From Octopus sinensis (Eukaryota): a stretch of 64,000 bases of DNA. A program made the position numbers and the translations under genes. The stretch is taken from contig NC_043002.1 of assembly GCF_006345805.1 (NCBI RefSeq), forward strand, positions 49,724,001 through 49,788,000. Reading direction: 5' to 3'. How positions within the stretch are numbered: the first letter of the stretch is position 1; each line of letters begins with the position of its first letter. This document shows positions 37,373 to 50,250 of the stretch, one piece after another. The notes under the pieces were generated by a model. It worked only from the letters and a program-made list of their open reading frames with translations, was not told the DNA's origin and did no database searches.

Positions 37373-37985
37373 AGGCCTGAAAAGGAAAGAGAAGTTGATT
37401 ACATCGAACTTTGGGGTCGATGTAATTGACTACTTTCCTCCCCCAAAATTTCTGGTCTCGTTCCTATAGTAGAAAGGATAATTATTATTATTATTTGTAA
37501 AACGGTATAATGTTTCCCATATAAATTAAAAATAAAATGTTGCCTCTACTCAGCACGGATTATGTATTTCGTACTCAGGTCTAAATCTGAAAATGTAGAC
37601 TGATTTTTCAATATATTAGTTTGCAGTTACTCTAACAAAAACCAGTGATATTTTAGTTAGCCAAACTCCAACGTTTGAGTTATATCGCATGTTCGGATGG
37701 CGTGCCTTCGCCAATAACGTACCTCTACTCAACTACCGAACTCTCACTTCCGACGACTCGACCCAGCAGAACTCGACGTCTAGTCTACCGACGGTTACGG
37801 CTCGCTCTGAGCGACGCTTCTCGTCTAGCTATCACGCCCACTATTTATACGTATTGGACTAGCCTACTTATCGTCTGGGGGCGTCCACACAACAGTCTGC
37901 AACATTATTTTGTTCCTAATATGCCCAGCTATTTTACTTGTCTGCAACCAATCTAACCACACTATTTTCTTTATCTCTCTTCCTT

Positions 37986-38023
37986 ATTCTCTGACGAAGA
38001 ACAAATATCCGAAACGTTAAATT
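37986..38023 (+). ncRNA. Minimal hammerhead ribozyme motif, core intact, stems decayed
   Basis: CTGACGA (37991-37997)-A-GAA(caaata)TCC-GAAA-CG-TT, at the end of a CpG-rich ~330-bp segment. Confidence 0.55.
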
Positions 38024-38421
38024 TTCCCTCATCACGGCAATTGAATTATTTAAATATTCTAGAACTTAATCGTTGCTAACGCAGACAAGTACTGATACCC
38101 CAGGTTCTAGATTTTTGCTTTAATCTACACTTGAATTTAATAACACTAACCGTAATACGACCTCAGTGGTTCTGAACGGAAGACTAACGTATCTTCTTCC
38201 GGACCCCACAGGAACATGACGATAACCTACTTCAAGAAATTCTGGTAATGGCTAAATGAGCCTTAGTAAATAAGGATTTTATATTGCTTTGTTACTAGAC
38301 ACGATGAATGAAAAGAAACGTGCCGTGGGAAGCTGAATGTAATCCATTATTTTAGTCATTGGAAATATTTATGGATAGGTTAGCAGAGCTAATTTTAATG
38401 CAAACAGTCATCAAGCGTTAC

Positions 38422-38474
<53 letters not shown>

Positions 38475-38505
38475 TTGTTCATCTTACCATCACGGAGCAG
38501 TACAT

Positions 38506-38574
<69 letters not shown>

Positions 38575-38889
38575 GATCAAGTTTTGTACCGTCTGAAAGA
38601 TCACACACGACTGGATTCTATAAGTAGCGACCGAATGAATCATCAGCTTCGAACGAATATATTCATTCATGCATTCGTTTATTTACTCATATATACGTAC
38701 ATACATATGAAAGAGAGAGCGAGAGAGATTGAATTACTTTCATAAAGAAAAAGAGTGGTCATAATTTAAATTTTCAATTACTAATTCTGGACGAAAAGGT
38801 AGGGGAGACAATTGCGACATTATAATTAATTGAAATTAAATATAGGTTTCATCGGAGAACGAAATTCGGTCCCTAGCTGTAGAATGACA

Positions 38890-38929
38890 ACTATGGATAT
38901 TTCAGTTTTATTAGACCTCATCAGCGGAG
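38890..38929 (-). ncRNA. Minimal hammerhead-like motif
   Basis: Minus strand CTGATGA-GGT(ctaataaa)ACT-GAAA-TA-TC. Stem I pairs 3 of 5 (ctccg/catag). Confidence 0.4.
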
Positions 38930-39574
38930 CTTTCAGAAATACTGAAGAAGATATAAGGTCTTTTGAGAATAATCACTGAGTAGTATAAAAACAAACAAAA
39001 AAATAAAGAAAAGTAAGAAAAAATGATGATTGAACGGAGGAAACGCTCAGGGACGTTTACTGCGTAAACACTTAACAGTAAAAACGTCAGCATACCCAGC
39101 ATACCCCAACAATCTAGCTTTCGATGTTCAAGCCGGGCAATGCGTCGTATACAATATACGTTGGTCTGCTTTCATTTCGACACCTGATGTGTCGGTTCGA
39201 TGAAGGAAGTGAACTAATGTACAGACCAGATATTTGATAACTACAAACAAATCATCTGTGCAAGTTATTCAGCAAAACATTGCGGAGCTGCCAACTGTCG
39301 TTTGCAACAGAAGGGTGCACCGTGTGTGTGTGTGTGTGTGTGTGTGTGCGTTACATATATGTGTGTGTATATTATATATATATATATATATATATACATA
39401 TATATGTGTGTGTGCCTGCGTTATATATATATGTAGCCATGTAACGTACGTAGCTTTTTAACTGATTATATATTGATAACGAATTTAATTGTAGCCATGA
39501 AACGTACATAGTTTTTTTACTGATTATATATTGATTATTCATTTTTATACTTTTTGAGATCTAGTTATATGTTT

Positions 39575-40278
39575 TAGGCAAGTAAGTGTCTTCTACTGTA
39601 GCCTCGGGTCGACCAAAGCCTTGTGAGTGGATTTGGTAGACGGAAACTGAAAGAAGCCCGTCGTATATGTGAGTATATGTTGTGTATCTGTGTTTGCCCC
39701 GCCCCCCAACATCGCTTGACAACCGACCCTGGTGTGTTTAGGTCCCCCGTAACTTAGCGGTTCCGCAAAATAGACCGAGAGAATAAGTATTAGGCTCACA
39801 AAGAATAAGCCCTGGGGTCGATTTGATTCGACTAAAGGCGGTGCTCCTGCATGGCCGCAGTCAAATGACTGAAACAAGTAAAAGAAAAAAAAGAATATAT
39901 ATATTTATATATATAGACGCAGGAGTGGCTGTGTGGTAAGTAGCTTGCTAACCAACCACACGGTTGCGGGTTCAGTCCCACTGCGTGGCATCTTGGGCAG
40001 GTGTCTTCTGCTATAGCCCCGGGCCGACCAATGCCTTGTGAGTGGATTTGGTAGACGGAAACTGAAAGAAGCCTGTCGTATATATGTATATATATGTATG
40101 TGTGTGTGATTGTGTGTCTGTGTTTGTCCCCCTAGCATTGCTTGACAACCGATGCTGGTGTGTTTGCGTCCCCGTCACTTAGCGGTTCGGCAAAAAGACA
40201 CCGATAGAATAAGTACTAAAAAGGTGGTGCTCCGCATGGCCGCAGTCAAATGACTGAAACAAGTAAAAGAGTAAAGAG
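39575..40278 (+). mobile_element. Two tandem SINE A copies (39575-39895 5'-truncated; 39916-40278)
   Basis: Homology to the other family A copies. Confidence 0.9.
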
Positions 40279-40748
40279 TATATATGTATGTATGTAGATA
40301 TATATATATATATAATATATATATATATATTATTATATATATATATATATATATATATAGGCATACATACAAAATGGAGTAATAACACTCATATGATGGA
40401 TGAATGTTGTTTTTGTGAGACAAGGTAAAATGGCAAGAACGTGCATTTGGTTGAGAAGTGTTGAAAATTTAAGTCTATGATAATGTGAAAGAAATTTTTG
40501 ACATACGCCTATCATGTCTAACTTTCTGTCGTTATTGTTCCTTATTTCTCTCTCTCCTCTCCCCTCCATCTCTGCCGTTATAAACACTAAGCAACTCGAA
40601 GAGCCTGGCTGTTTCCCTCTTAGTGTTATGTGTGAGAGGCACGACAGGAGAGGTGGGGTGAGGCAATACAAGATAAGAATAACATTGTAAACATTCTCTC
40701 CTAGTTTCCACTGACGTTGTGTGGGATTTAGTCTTGAAATGTGTGCAG

Positions 40749-40793
<45 letters not shown>

Positions 40794-40984
40794 AATGACT
40801 TCTGAGTATTGTGGTTTGGTATGGTTTTATTTTTATAAGAAGGCCCAACTACTAGGCATTTGACTATGCAGTTAGATGCTCATTTGCTGAAATTAACAAG
40901 ACAGCTCCATCATACATGTGTGTGTGTGTTTACATACATACACACACACACACACACATACACACACACACACATTTATATATG

Positions 40985-41262
40985 TGGAGGCACAATGGCC
41001 CAGTGGTTAGGGCAGCGGACTCGCGGTCGTAGGATCGTGGTTTCGATTCCCAGACCGGGCGTTATGAGTGTTTATTGAGCGAAAACACCTAAAAGCTCCA
41101 CGAGTCTCTGGCAGGGGGGGGGGTGATCCCTGCTGTACTCTTTCTTCTGTTGGCCTGCTCGCTTAGCCAGCATCATTCGAAGGCTAAAAGAATGCGAACG
41201 CATTGTGACCAGCGATGTGTAACAACGTCTGATGGTCTGGTCGGTCACGTGATCACGTGATA
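40985..41262 (+). mobile_element. SINE family B
   Basis: Homology to 1436 and 62905. Confidence 0.88.
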
Positions 41263-41600
41263 TATATATATATTATATATATATATTATATATATATATA
41301 TTAGATAGATAGATAAATATCGCCACCTTACCTAATTTACATAAAATTCGCAGAGAGAGAAAGAAAGAGAGAAAGAGAGAGCTGGAGGTAGAGAAGTGGA
41401 CAACAATGAAAAGAGAAAGGACAACAAGAAACGTAGAAATATCCCTCATCAGCCGTGTATATCGGATTTCGTCATGATTTCATCACTAAAATACCGTACG
41501 TTCGTCTGGCAATGGTTATAAAGAACATTAGCAACAACAACAATAATAATGTGTTCCATCAAGTGGTATGAACAGCAATCTTTGGCAAGTGGCAGAGGAT

Positions 41601-41657
41601 GATCAGGGGAAGCTCATGGGATATACCGATCAGGGGAAGATCATGGGATATACCGAT
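41601..41657. repeat. 27-bp tandem duplication
   Basis: gatcaggggaag(c/a)tcatgggatatacc x2. Confidence 0.9.
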
Positions 41658-42860
41658 ATAGAAATGTCACATAGATAAAATTAGGGGGACTTTAGTGAAC
41701 AGCAACAATAATAATAATAATAATAATAATATTAATAATAATAATGATGATGATGATGATGATGATAATTTTTAACATTGGTACAATTTCACCCATTTCT
41801 GGGCTAGACGGAGAGTACTTGACTCATTTTTTATTTTATCGACTATAGAAGGACGTAAGGCAATATTGACCGTGACGAGGTTTCACTGCTGAATCTAAAG
41901 GAGTATAATTAAAACATTTTAAGTAGTATATTGCTTTTAATTATTCTCTTGATCCCGTATAAATTTAATTATTCTAATTAATCATCTGGCACCTAATGAA
42001 ATAGAAGAAAAATACAAAAATACGTAGGTTAGAACAGTGACTTTGCAAGAATGTTTGGTGGGGTGATGGGCCTATAGAGACGATGTATATAATCTTGTGG
42101 TGTATGTAGGCTGTGAGGAAAGTGGGGCGTGTAAGTTGAATGGAATTTGGTAGGCGTTGCAGCAATTAGAATTTTAGAAACGGAAAGGACATTGTGATAT
42201 ATATGAAAAGAGGTGTACGATGAGCCACTGTAATGTAGCTGTTTCCTATTTGAAAACTTAATTTTCGTTCATGTTAAATTGATAGAATGCGTAACAAGAG
42301 TATTTTTGCCGTAAATTGGGATGGCCGTTATGCCAATACGAGACACACGCACTGGTTTTATAACACCTCTTTTTATTATCATCAGTCAACCAAACCATTT
42401 AACCAATTAATTACTCGATTGTTTGAGTGATCGTTCGGTCGGTCAATCAATCAACAATCAATCTGCTAGGTTTGCCGGAGCACTTTCGTCACCATTCGCC
42501 ACCTTATCGATAGTTTGTCCTCCCTACTCTTGATCTATTACGAGCATATTGGAATAATGACCCTCCCAAGATACAACAAAATGCATTTCAACGAGTGATT
42601 TCACATCAAGAATCTTAGAAATCAAATACAGCAGCAAACATGCTTGATAATAAAAGCAGAAATCTAGCGAGGTGTGTATACATACACACACGTATATATA
42701 TATTATCATTATTAATTAGAACAGTTTGATCCTATTCCATGAAACTTAAACTGTTTCAAATAATACATGTAACACCCACTAAACGTGTTTGAGTACCTTT
42801 ATTCTTTCGGTTGCCCACGTCACTCACTCATATATATATATATAATATATATTATATATA

Positions 42861-43102
42861 TTATTGTGTCTGGGGAGAGTCATTCTCTTTTAGTGTCTTA
42901 TTTTTTTTAACACACTCTCCGGTTCGATTTCCACTCATTTAATTTTTTTTTTTTGGTAGCATCTTGCAACGACTATTGAAAAGGTTGCAAGAAGTAAGGA
43001 AAATTTTAGAAAAAATAAGTAAGTAAATGAGTGGAAATCGAATCAGTGAGTGTGTTAAATAATAAGGCACTAAAAGAGAATGACTCTCCCCAGACACAAT
43101 AA
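42861..43102. mobile_element. Palindromic MITE-like element (~80-bp arms)
   Basis: ttattgtgtctggggagagtcattctcttttagtg...ttcgatttccactcattta / taaatgagtggaaatcgaa...cactaaaagagaatgactctccccagacacaataa. Confidence 0.85.
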
Positions 43103-43159
43103 AATATGCTTCAACACACGAATTCATATAAAGAATCTTGCAAACAAAATACAAAAACG

Positions 43160-43232
<73 letters not shown>

Positions 43233-43770
43233 ATATTAATTTTTTGCCTCATATTTATCACGCATAACTTTTTACATGTAATCCTTATTTATATGTGATT
43301 TTATATATATTTTTTATGCTTTTATATTTCTCCTATATTTTTACGTATGTTTGGTTTTATTGTTTATACCCTTTGAGAATCTTTACGCCTGTATTTGCAT
43401 GATTTATGTTGATGTGTATAAATATATATGATTAAATCACATTGATTGAATATCTTCATTTATGCATTCGGGAATCTGGTTGACTGCCTAGGATTTGCGT
43501 TTTCATTTCCCTCTACTTTGTATTATATATATATGTATATATATATATATGCTCAGGAATATGGTTTAACTTAACAAACATCTGGCGATTGTACCTGAGG
43601 AGTCTTCATTTGCTAGTGTTGCTGAAACACTACTGAAGCAACATAATAAATTTAACGTATCTATTATATATTTCCGTAATTATCTACTGTCAAAGCGAAG
43701 ATGAAACAACTGCAGAGTCATGCAAAAAAAGTGTGTTTGCTAAATTCAATCTCTCCTGTTTATATATATA

Positions 43771-44282
43771 CTAGCAGTATCGCCCGGCGTTGCTCGGGTT
43801 TGTAAGGGAAATAACTATATAAGCATTTTTAGAGAGTTACTTCCCTTCTAGATGCCAATTCGGGCTTTCTTAGCCATTTCTGTTTTGGTGTCTTCAAGCC
43901 ATGAAGTCTTTGTTCTAAAAGAACGCTGGTCTCCTTGACAACGCTTTACGACGTTGATTTCCTTACACTCCCTTCCCCACAGCTCCACGAGAGAGGGAAG
44001 AAGGGGGAGAAGCAAACAGGTGCAGGTGTGACCATGGACGCCAACTCCGCCGCCATCGACACACGAAAAATTATGCATTAAAATGGAATAAAAAATGATG
44101 TAAATTATTTTTAAAATCGTAGACTCATCGTAGACGCGCGCTAATACTCAGGACGGGCTCGATATGAATCACGACTATAAGATACAGCGAATTTGGTTAA
44201 ACTGCACCGCCAAAATGTGGGAGGAGTTAGGAATCTAAATCGAAGGGGAAGACACTCACACAACTACAGTTTTATATATATA
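43771..44282 (-). mobile_element. Non-autonomous Helitron, tandem copy 1, with ~235-bp extra segment
   Basis: Same 3' hairpin and CTAG end as 36609. The extra sequence lies at about 43848-44072. Confidence 0.85.
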
Positions 44283-44781
44283 CTAGCAGTATCGCCCGGC
44301 GTTGCTCGGGTTTGTAAGGGAAATAACTATATAAGCATTTTTAGAGAGTTACTTCCCTTATAAATTCGGGCTTTCTTAGCCATTTTTGTTTTGGTGTCTT
44401 CAAGCCATGAAGTCGTTGTTCTAAAAGTACGCTGGTTCCTTCACAACGCATTACGACGTTGATTTCTTTACACTCCCTTCCCCACAGCTTCACGAGGGAG
44501 GGAAGGGGGAGAAGAAGCAAACAGGTGCAGCTGTGAGCGTGGGACGCCAACTCCGCCGCCATCGACACACGATGCATTTTATGCATTAAAATGGAATAAA
44601 AAATGATTGTTAAATTATTTTTAAAAAAATCGTAGACTCATCGTTGACGCGCGCTAATAGTCAGACGGGCTCGATATGAATCACGACTATAAGATACCCG
44701 AATTTGGTTAAACTGCACCGAAAAATGGGAGGATTAGGAATCTAAATCGAAGGGGACAGACACTCACACAACTAGAGTTTT

Positions 44782-44790
<9 letters not shown>
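44283..44790 (-). mobile_element. Non-autonomous Helitron, tandem copy 2
   Basis: Head-to-tail with 43771-44282, carrying the same extra segment at about 44350-44580. Confidence 0.85.
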
Positions 44791-44827
<37 letters not shown>

Positions 44828-45157
44828 ATGTTAGCATGGCATATATTCAAGGCCGAAGTATTCATCACCCTGCCGATAAGAAACTATCCGTTGTATTGTA
44901 GTATGATTATGAGGCGAGTTTTTTACAAGAGATTATAAAAGATTGCACCCAAAGACTCATTCATTAGCACACAGTAGCCGTTGTTGTGGTGATAGCAGAG
45001 TAAGATAGTTTATAAGTAGCAAGTTACAAGCTATGGTGTACCTGAGTCTTTGTGTGCGAGTGTGCGCGTGTATATTGCATAAGTTACATCATACATACGA
45101 ACTCATATACACTCACACATATAAGGACGGTGTTTCCTATACTGTATTTTTCGGCAT

Positions 45158-45365
45158 GTGAGGACACATGGCCTAGTGGATAGGGTGTTGCACTTACGAC
45201 CATGAGATGGTGGTTTCAATTGCTGGACTGTGTTGTGTTCTTGCGCAAAACACTACATCTCACGTTGTTCTTGCGATCACTTCGACATCTGACGTGTGGT
45301 ACACTTTGCACCTCTTCAGGCAACGACGATATGATGGAGAGAGTGTACATACGTTGGATCGTTAT
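45158..45365 (+). mobile_element. Diverged tRNA-derived SINE (B/C-like head)
   Basis: gaggacacatggcctagtggatagggtg...ggtttcaattgctggac...tgttcttgcgcaaaacac. Confidence 0.65.
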
Positions 45366-45453
45366 AGACAAAATCATTTTGTGCAGGTTGTAGAGCAAGA
45401 AATTGTAGAACCGTCTTTCTAGGTCTACAAGACACGACCATCATCATCATCAG

Positions 45454-45655
45454 TTTCCGGTATACAAGAAGAATTTTTCAGGACAAAATTCACACACCAA
45501 AGGACGGGTCGACTTGTACACCAAGACGACTTTGGAGGACCAAAAATCTCATGCGAAATGCAGTAGGATTAGGAAAGAAAGTGACAATATTTGAATGTTT
45601 ATACAACATGCTTATACTATAAACTTGGTGGACTTATATTCTGGAGAACATGGTT
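45454..45655. mobile_element. Decayed ~220-bp Tigger-like MITE (same family as 50030-50250, opposite orientation)
   Basis: Aligns along its length with the reverse complement of 50030-50250 (e.g. catgcgaaatgcag). Confidence 0.7.
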
Positions 45656-46230
45656 TACGTGTACATATATAACATAAATATTATTGTTTTGCGATAAGTG
45701 TGAGTAAGCTCACGCGCACTTGCATTCGCAAAAGTGTGTGTATCGTGTGTATTAGCGTATTTGACCGAGTGCTTGTGTCTGTGCAGGCGTGTGCATGTCT
45801 GCGCGTAGCTTTATACGTAAGGGTGTACGTGCGCGTGTGTGTGTGTGTGTGTATGCGAGTGTTTGTGTGTGTGTGTGTGTTATGCGAGTGTTTGTGTGCG
45901 CTTACTGTCATTGTTTAGCCCCAGGTTAGTCAAGATAGAATAAAACCACGACCAAAATATCCCAGCCGTGGCAATCATGTCCTTTCCAAACACTCTATAT
46001 AAACTTCACAAGGGAAAACAAAAGACATTTGTCCAAGGTGCCACGCAGTGGAACTGAAACCGGAATCATGTGGTTGGGAAGCAAACTTTTTACTATAGAG
46101 CTACACATAAAAGGCAAAGATAAAATCTCAAAGCGACAGAAGCAACGAAAGAGATGTAGACGCTTCGAGCATGTCAGTTCGAAACCTAATTGGATTACGT
46201 TGAGCATATCTGAATTATAAATGTAAGATA

Positions 46231-46279
<49 letters not shown>

Positions 46280-47182
46280 AAGGAGAAGGAGGTGAAAGAA
46301 TATTTGGCCTTTCAAGGTTCGAGTCTTTGTACAGAGAACGGAACTGGCAATTTCTTATCTCGGTGGAAGTTGCAGATTTTTCTTGTTGGCATCTGCTTTC
46401 TGGTCAAACTATATATATATATAACACATATATACATACATATTATACCACACACACTCATATATATATATATATATATATAATATACCTATACACACAT
46501 ATATACATAATAGACATATATATATATACACGTATACCCATACAGACACATGCATCCGTATGTGTGTATGTATATATATATATATATATATATATAAGTA
46601 TATATATGTGCGTGTGTGTATGTTGTGGTGATGGTCGGGGAATCGCTTTCAAAATTATCTAAAAACTAAACAGATCTGAGCGTTAACGATGAAGCGGCGG
46701 CGTTGATGGTGAGAACGGCAGCGGCGCCGAACAAGGATATAAGCAATGTGTTGGTTGATGGTGGACAAGACAGCGCTAGGGAGAGGAGGCGGTGGTCGTC
46801 AGCTACTGACTACATTATCAGCCACAGATTGAAGTTAGTGATGTGTGGGGAGTAGGTGTTAGGTGGCGGTCGGCGGTGGATAAACTGAAGTTCAAACCGA
46901 GATATCAACATGTCTTAAGATCTTCCAAGAAATGTAGCAAAACAGAATCGGTAGAGTGCTGTAGTAACTTAAATGGTTCTTGGCAGCATTTTAGCTTCAT
47001 GTTATTTGATGCTCCCCGAGTTCAAATTTCGCTTGAAGTAAATTAGTTATTTCGTTTAACCTGGGTCGATTAATAATGAATTACAGAGGAGCCATTCTTG
47101 CTGTGACAACCTAAGACACAAATTATGAAATATTTGAAATATTTTGAAAGTTTACAAGAATTGTTACCGATTCCTTTGTCAC

Positions 47183-47358
47183 AGGCGCAGGAGTGGCTGT
47201 GTGGTAAGTAGCTTGCTTACCAACCACATGGTTCCGGGCTCAGTCCCACTGCGTGGCACCTTGGGCAAGTATCTTCTACTATAGCCTCGGGTCGACCAAA
47301 GACTTGTGAGTGGATTTGGTAGACAGAAACTGAAAGAAGCCCGTCGTATATATGTATG

Positions 47359-47425
<67 letters not shown>

Positions 47426-47652
47426 ATAGATAGATATATGTGTGTGTGTGTGTGTCTGTGTTTGTCCCCCCAACATCGCTTGACAACCGATGCTGGTGTG
47501 TTTACGTTCCCGTAACTTAGCGGTTCGGCAAAAGAGACCGATAGAATAAGTACTAGGCTTACAAAGAATAAGTCCTGGGGTCTATTTGCTCGACTAAAGG
47601 CGGTCCTCCAGTATGGCCGCAGTCAAATGACTGAACGAAGTAAAAGAGTAAA
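47183..47652 (+). mobile_element. SINE family A
   Basis: Homology to the other family A copies. Confidence 0.9.
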
Positions 47653-47667
47653 GTTTGACTAATTTTT

Positions 47668-49098
47668 ATTTGCCCGGAATGTATGTTGCATTTTTTGAAG
47701 ACGATTCCAAAAATGTGACGTATGTGATACAGCACAAAATAACTTTTTTCCATCTGAAAAATATTAATTGGTAAATCTTCTGAATTTCTCCAAGGCAGTA
47801 TAAAAAGCCTTATAGTTTTTATTTACATTAACCTTGAAATTAAAAAAAAATGCTTATGAGTTTACTGAACGACAACGTCTGCGGTCACAATTTTCGACCC
47901 CAGGACTTATTCTTTATAAGCCTAGTACTTATTCTATCGGTCTCTTTTGCCGAACCGCTAAGTTATGGGGTTCCTGAACACACCAGCATCGGTTGTCAAG
48001 CGATGACAAACATGGATATGACATTTTGAAGACAAAAATTTTGTATCTTCCAAAAAGTGTGTGCCTAGAGGAAATTGTCCCAATATCGAAAACGAACCAT
48101 TTGAACATATTTTTACAGGTATAAAGATATTTTCGGGGGGCATTCTAAAAATTTTTTGAAACCTGTTTTGGTTTAACTTACATGACCATAGCCCAGCAAC
48201 TGTTGCTGTTTAACTTCTGGTCAGCACTGATTGAGCCAGATCTACGTATGTTTAAAGACGTTCCAGCTATGACCATTCCGGCTTTTATTCAGGAACTGAG
48301 GACACATCGTCTAATGAGTAATGTTTCTCTACTTTTAGACAGGATGTAGTTCGAGGAAAATTGGATGCTGTTTCTTGTAGGTAAAACGGACACGTGGAGG
48401 TTTCCATCGCTGGTTCGAATACATACATATCTTGAGGTAAATATAAATTAAATAATACATCTTCCTAGAGACAGGTATCTATCAAATAAATATATATTTC
48501 GTGCCAAATAAATATGCATTTCATATTTTGACACTGCGGTGTCAAAAATTTCGAAAATATAAAAATTTCGGAAATATAAAAATTTCGAAAATATAAAAAT
48601 TTCGGAAATATAAAAAATGTTAAAGAGTGTTGAGTTCCGTAATAAAAGACATCTAAATAGACTGGGACATTCTCATAAAAGTTAAACCAAATTAGAAAGC
48701 CTGGTAAAAAAAAAAAAAAAATCACAATATACCTGTAAAGGTATGTTGAAATCATTTTCTACAAGATACCGATACTGAGGCAATTTCTTCCAGATCTTAC
48801 ACGTCTTTCACATGAAGCTGTCTTGTCACGTACGTCACACCAGATAAATGAGAATGTGACCATAGGTAAACACGAGAGTATTTTTTTTTTTTTTTTGAAA
48901 TTTCAAGGTCAATGTAAATAAACACCAGGATGTTTTATTTATTTATTTTTTTAATTGATGTTCCAGAGAAATTCGGGTGGATGGGTGGATGGGTTAGCAT
49001 TTAATTGGCTTGAGATGCAAAAAGTTATTTTGTGCGGTATCACGTACGTCAGATAATTTGGATCCTCTTAAAAAAATTCAACATACATTACAGGTAAA
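47668..49098. mobile_element. Unclassified element with ~225-bp imperfect terminal inverted repeats
   Basis: 47668-47892 is a diverged reverse complement of 48850-49098 (tgacgtatgtgatacagcacaaaataacttttt; tttatttacattaaccttgaaatt). Confidence 0.65.
48544..48611. repeat. 17-bp tandem repeat x4 with alternating variant (34-bp higher-order unit)
   Basis: aaaaatttcg(a/g)aaatat, alternating A,G,A,G. Confidence 0.92.
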
Positions 49099-49224
49099 GC
49101 AAAAAAAAAAAAAAAAAAGATTGCTTAATATTGCCTAGGATGCTAAGCATTACTGTGAAAATGAATAAGTAAAATTCTTGTTTAAGATTTATAATTGAGA
49201 TATTTCATAATTTGTGTCTCTGAC

Positions 49225-49590
49225 TGCCAGTGATGGCACTACTGGTCAGGCAATTCCGTGAGTAATGACATCAAGTGGTCAGTTAATTCTAAGGTAAACG
49301 ACACCTAGTGGTCAGACAATTCTGATGTAAATGACACCTAGTGATCAGTCAGTTCTGATGTGAATGACATCTAGTGGTCAGTCAGTTCTGATGTAAACGA
49401 CATCTAGTGGTCAGTTAATTCTGATGTAAACGACGTCTAGTGGTCAGTTAATTTTGACTTAAACGAAGTCTAATGGTCAGTTAATTCTAATGTAAATGAC
49501 AAGTAGTCAGTTAATTCTATGATGAACGCTGTCTAGTTCTAAGACGAACGAAACCTACTGCTCATTCAGTTCTGAGATGGACAACATCTA
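49225..49590. repeat. 33-bp minisatellite, about 9-11 units
   Basis: tggtcag-like anchor at 49243, 49276, 49309, 49342, 49375, 49408, 49441, 49474 and 49504. Consensus tctgatgtaaacgacatctagtggtcagttaat. Confidence 0.92.
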
Positions 49591-50029
49591 ATATATAGAC
49601 AAAATTTTCAGGTAGTCTGTGCCTTTGACTGTCCACCAGATAGTGTTCACCTGTACAACTAAAGAGGATCAGTCAATTTAGTGGTTAAGCAAGTTTTGTT
49701 AACATCCGACAGTCAACATGCTTCTCCACAGAATGATTCTGCGATCAAGGACGTCAAGATCATGGTGGAAGTTATCAGCTCTCTCTCTCTCTCTCTCTCT
49801 CTCTGGTTGAGCAGGTTTTTGGCGATTAGGAATACCTAAATCAACACTTAAGTACATCCTATTAAGGGGATCAAGGATAATCTAAAATACTAGGAACTTT
49901 TAGTTAGTAGTTATATGCATATATACATATCGAAGTGAACGGTGAAGACTATCAAAGGGAGAAGCGACGGAAATCAAAAGAACAGTTACGAATATGTCAA
50001 GGACATCCATTCAGTAAGTGAACAGGTTA

Positions 50030-50250
50030 CCGCGCTTTTCGGCGTACAAGTCGACGTTGTACATAGTGTAAACATGTAGACATTCAAACATCGTCACTAT
50101 CTTTGCAAAATTGCAAAACCTGCTGCATTTCGCATGGAATTTGTCTTCTAAAGTCATCTTGATGAATAAGTCTACCTACCGTCGAGGTGGTGGGGACGAC
50201 AGGGTGTAAATTTTGGTCTGAAAAATTCGACCTGTAAGCCGGAAATACGG
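50030..50250. mobile_element. Tigger-like MITE with TA TSD
   Basis: TA|ccgcgcttttcggcgtacaagtcgac ... ttcgacctgtaagccggaaatacgg|TA. Confidence 0.75.

Noticed and set aside
38911-39102. Minus-strand ORF starting MLGMLTFLLLSVYAVN as a secreted peptide
   Set aside because: It runs into T-rich low complexity and a hammerhead relic, with no good donor and no recognisable homology.
46672-46852. Open frame DLSVNDEAAALMVRT..RERRRWSSATD in a CpG-rich patch as a coding exon
   Set aside because: The acceptor lacks a pyrimidine tract, no domain is recognisable, and there are no partner exons. RNA-seq junctions would be needed to revive it.
49225-49590. CRISPR-like array or 11-aa coding repeat
   Set aside because: There are no unique spacers and the context is eukaryotic. 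Stops recur in every frame on both strands; the one-TAG-per-unit frame also varies to AAG/TAA, so there is no case for recoding.
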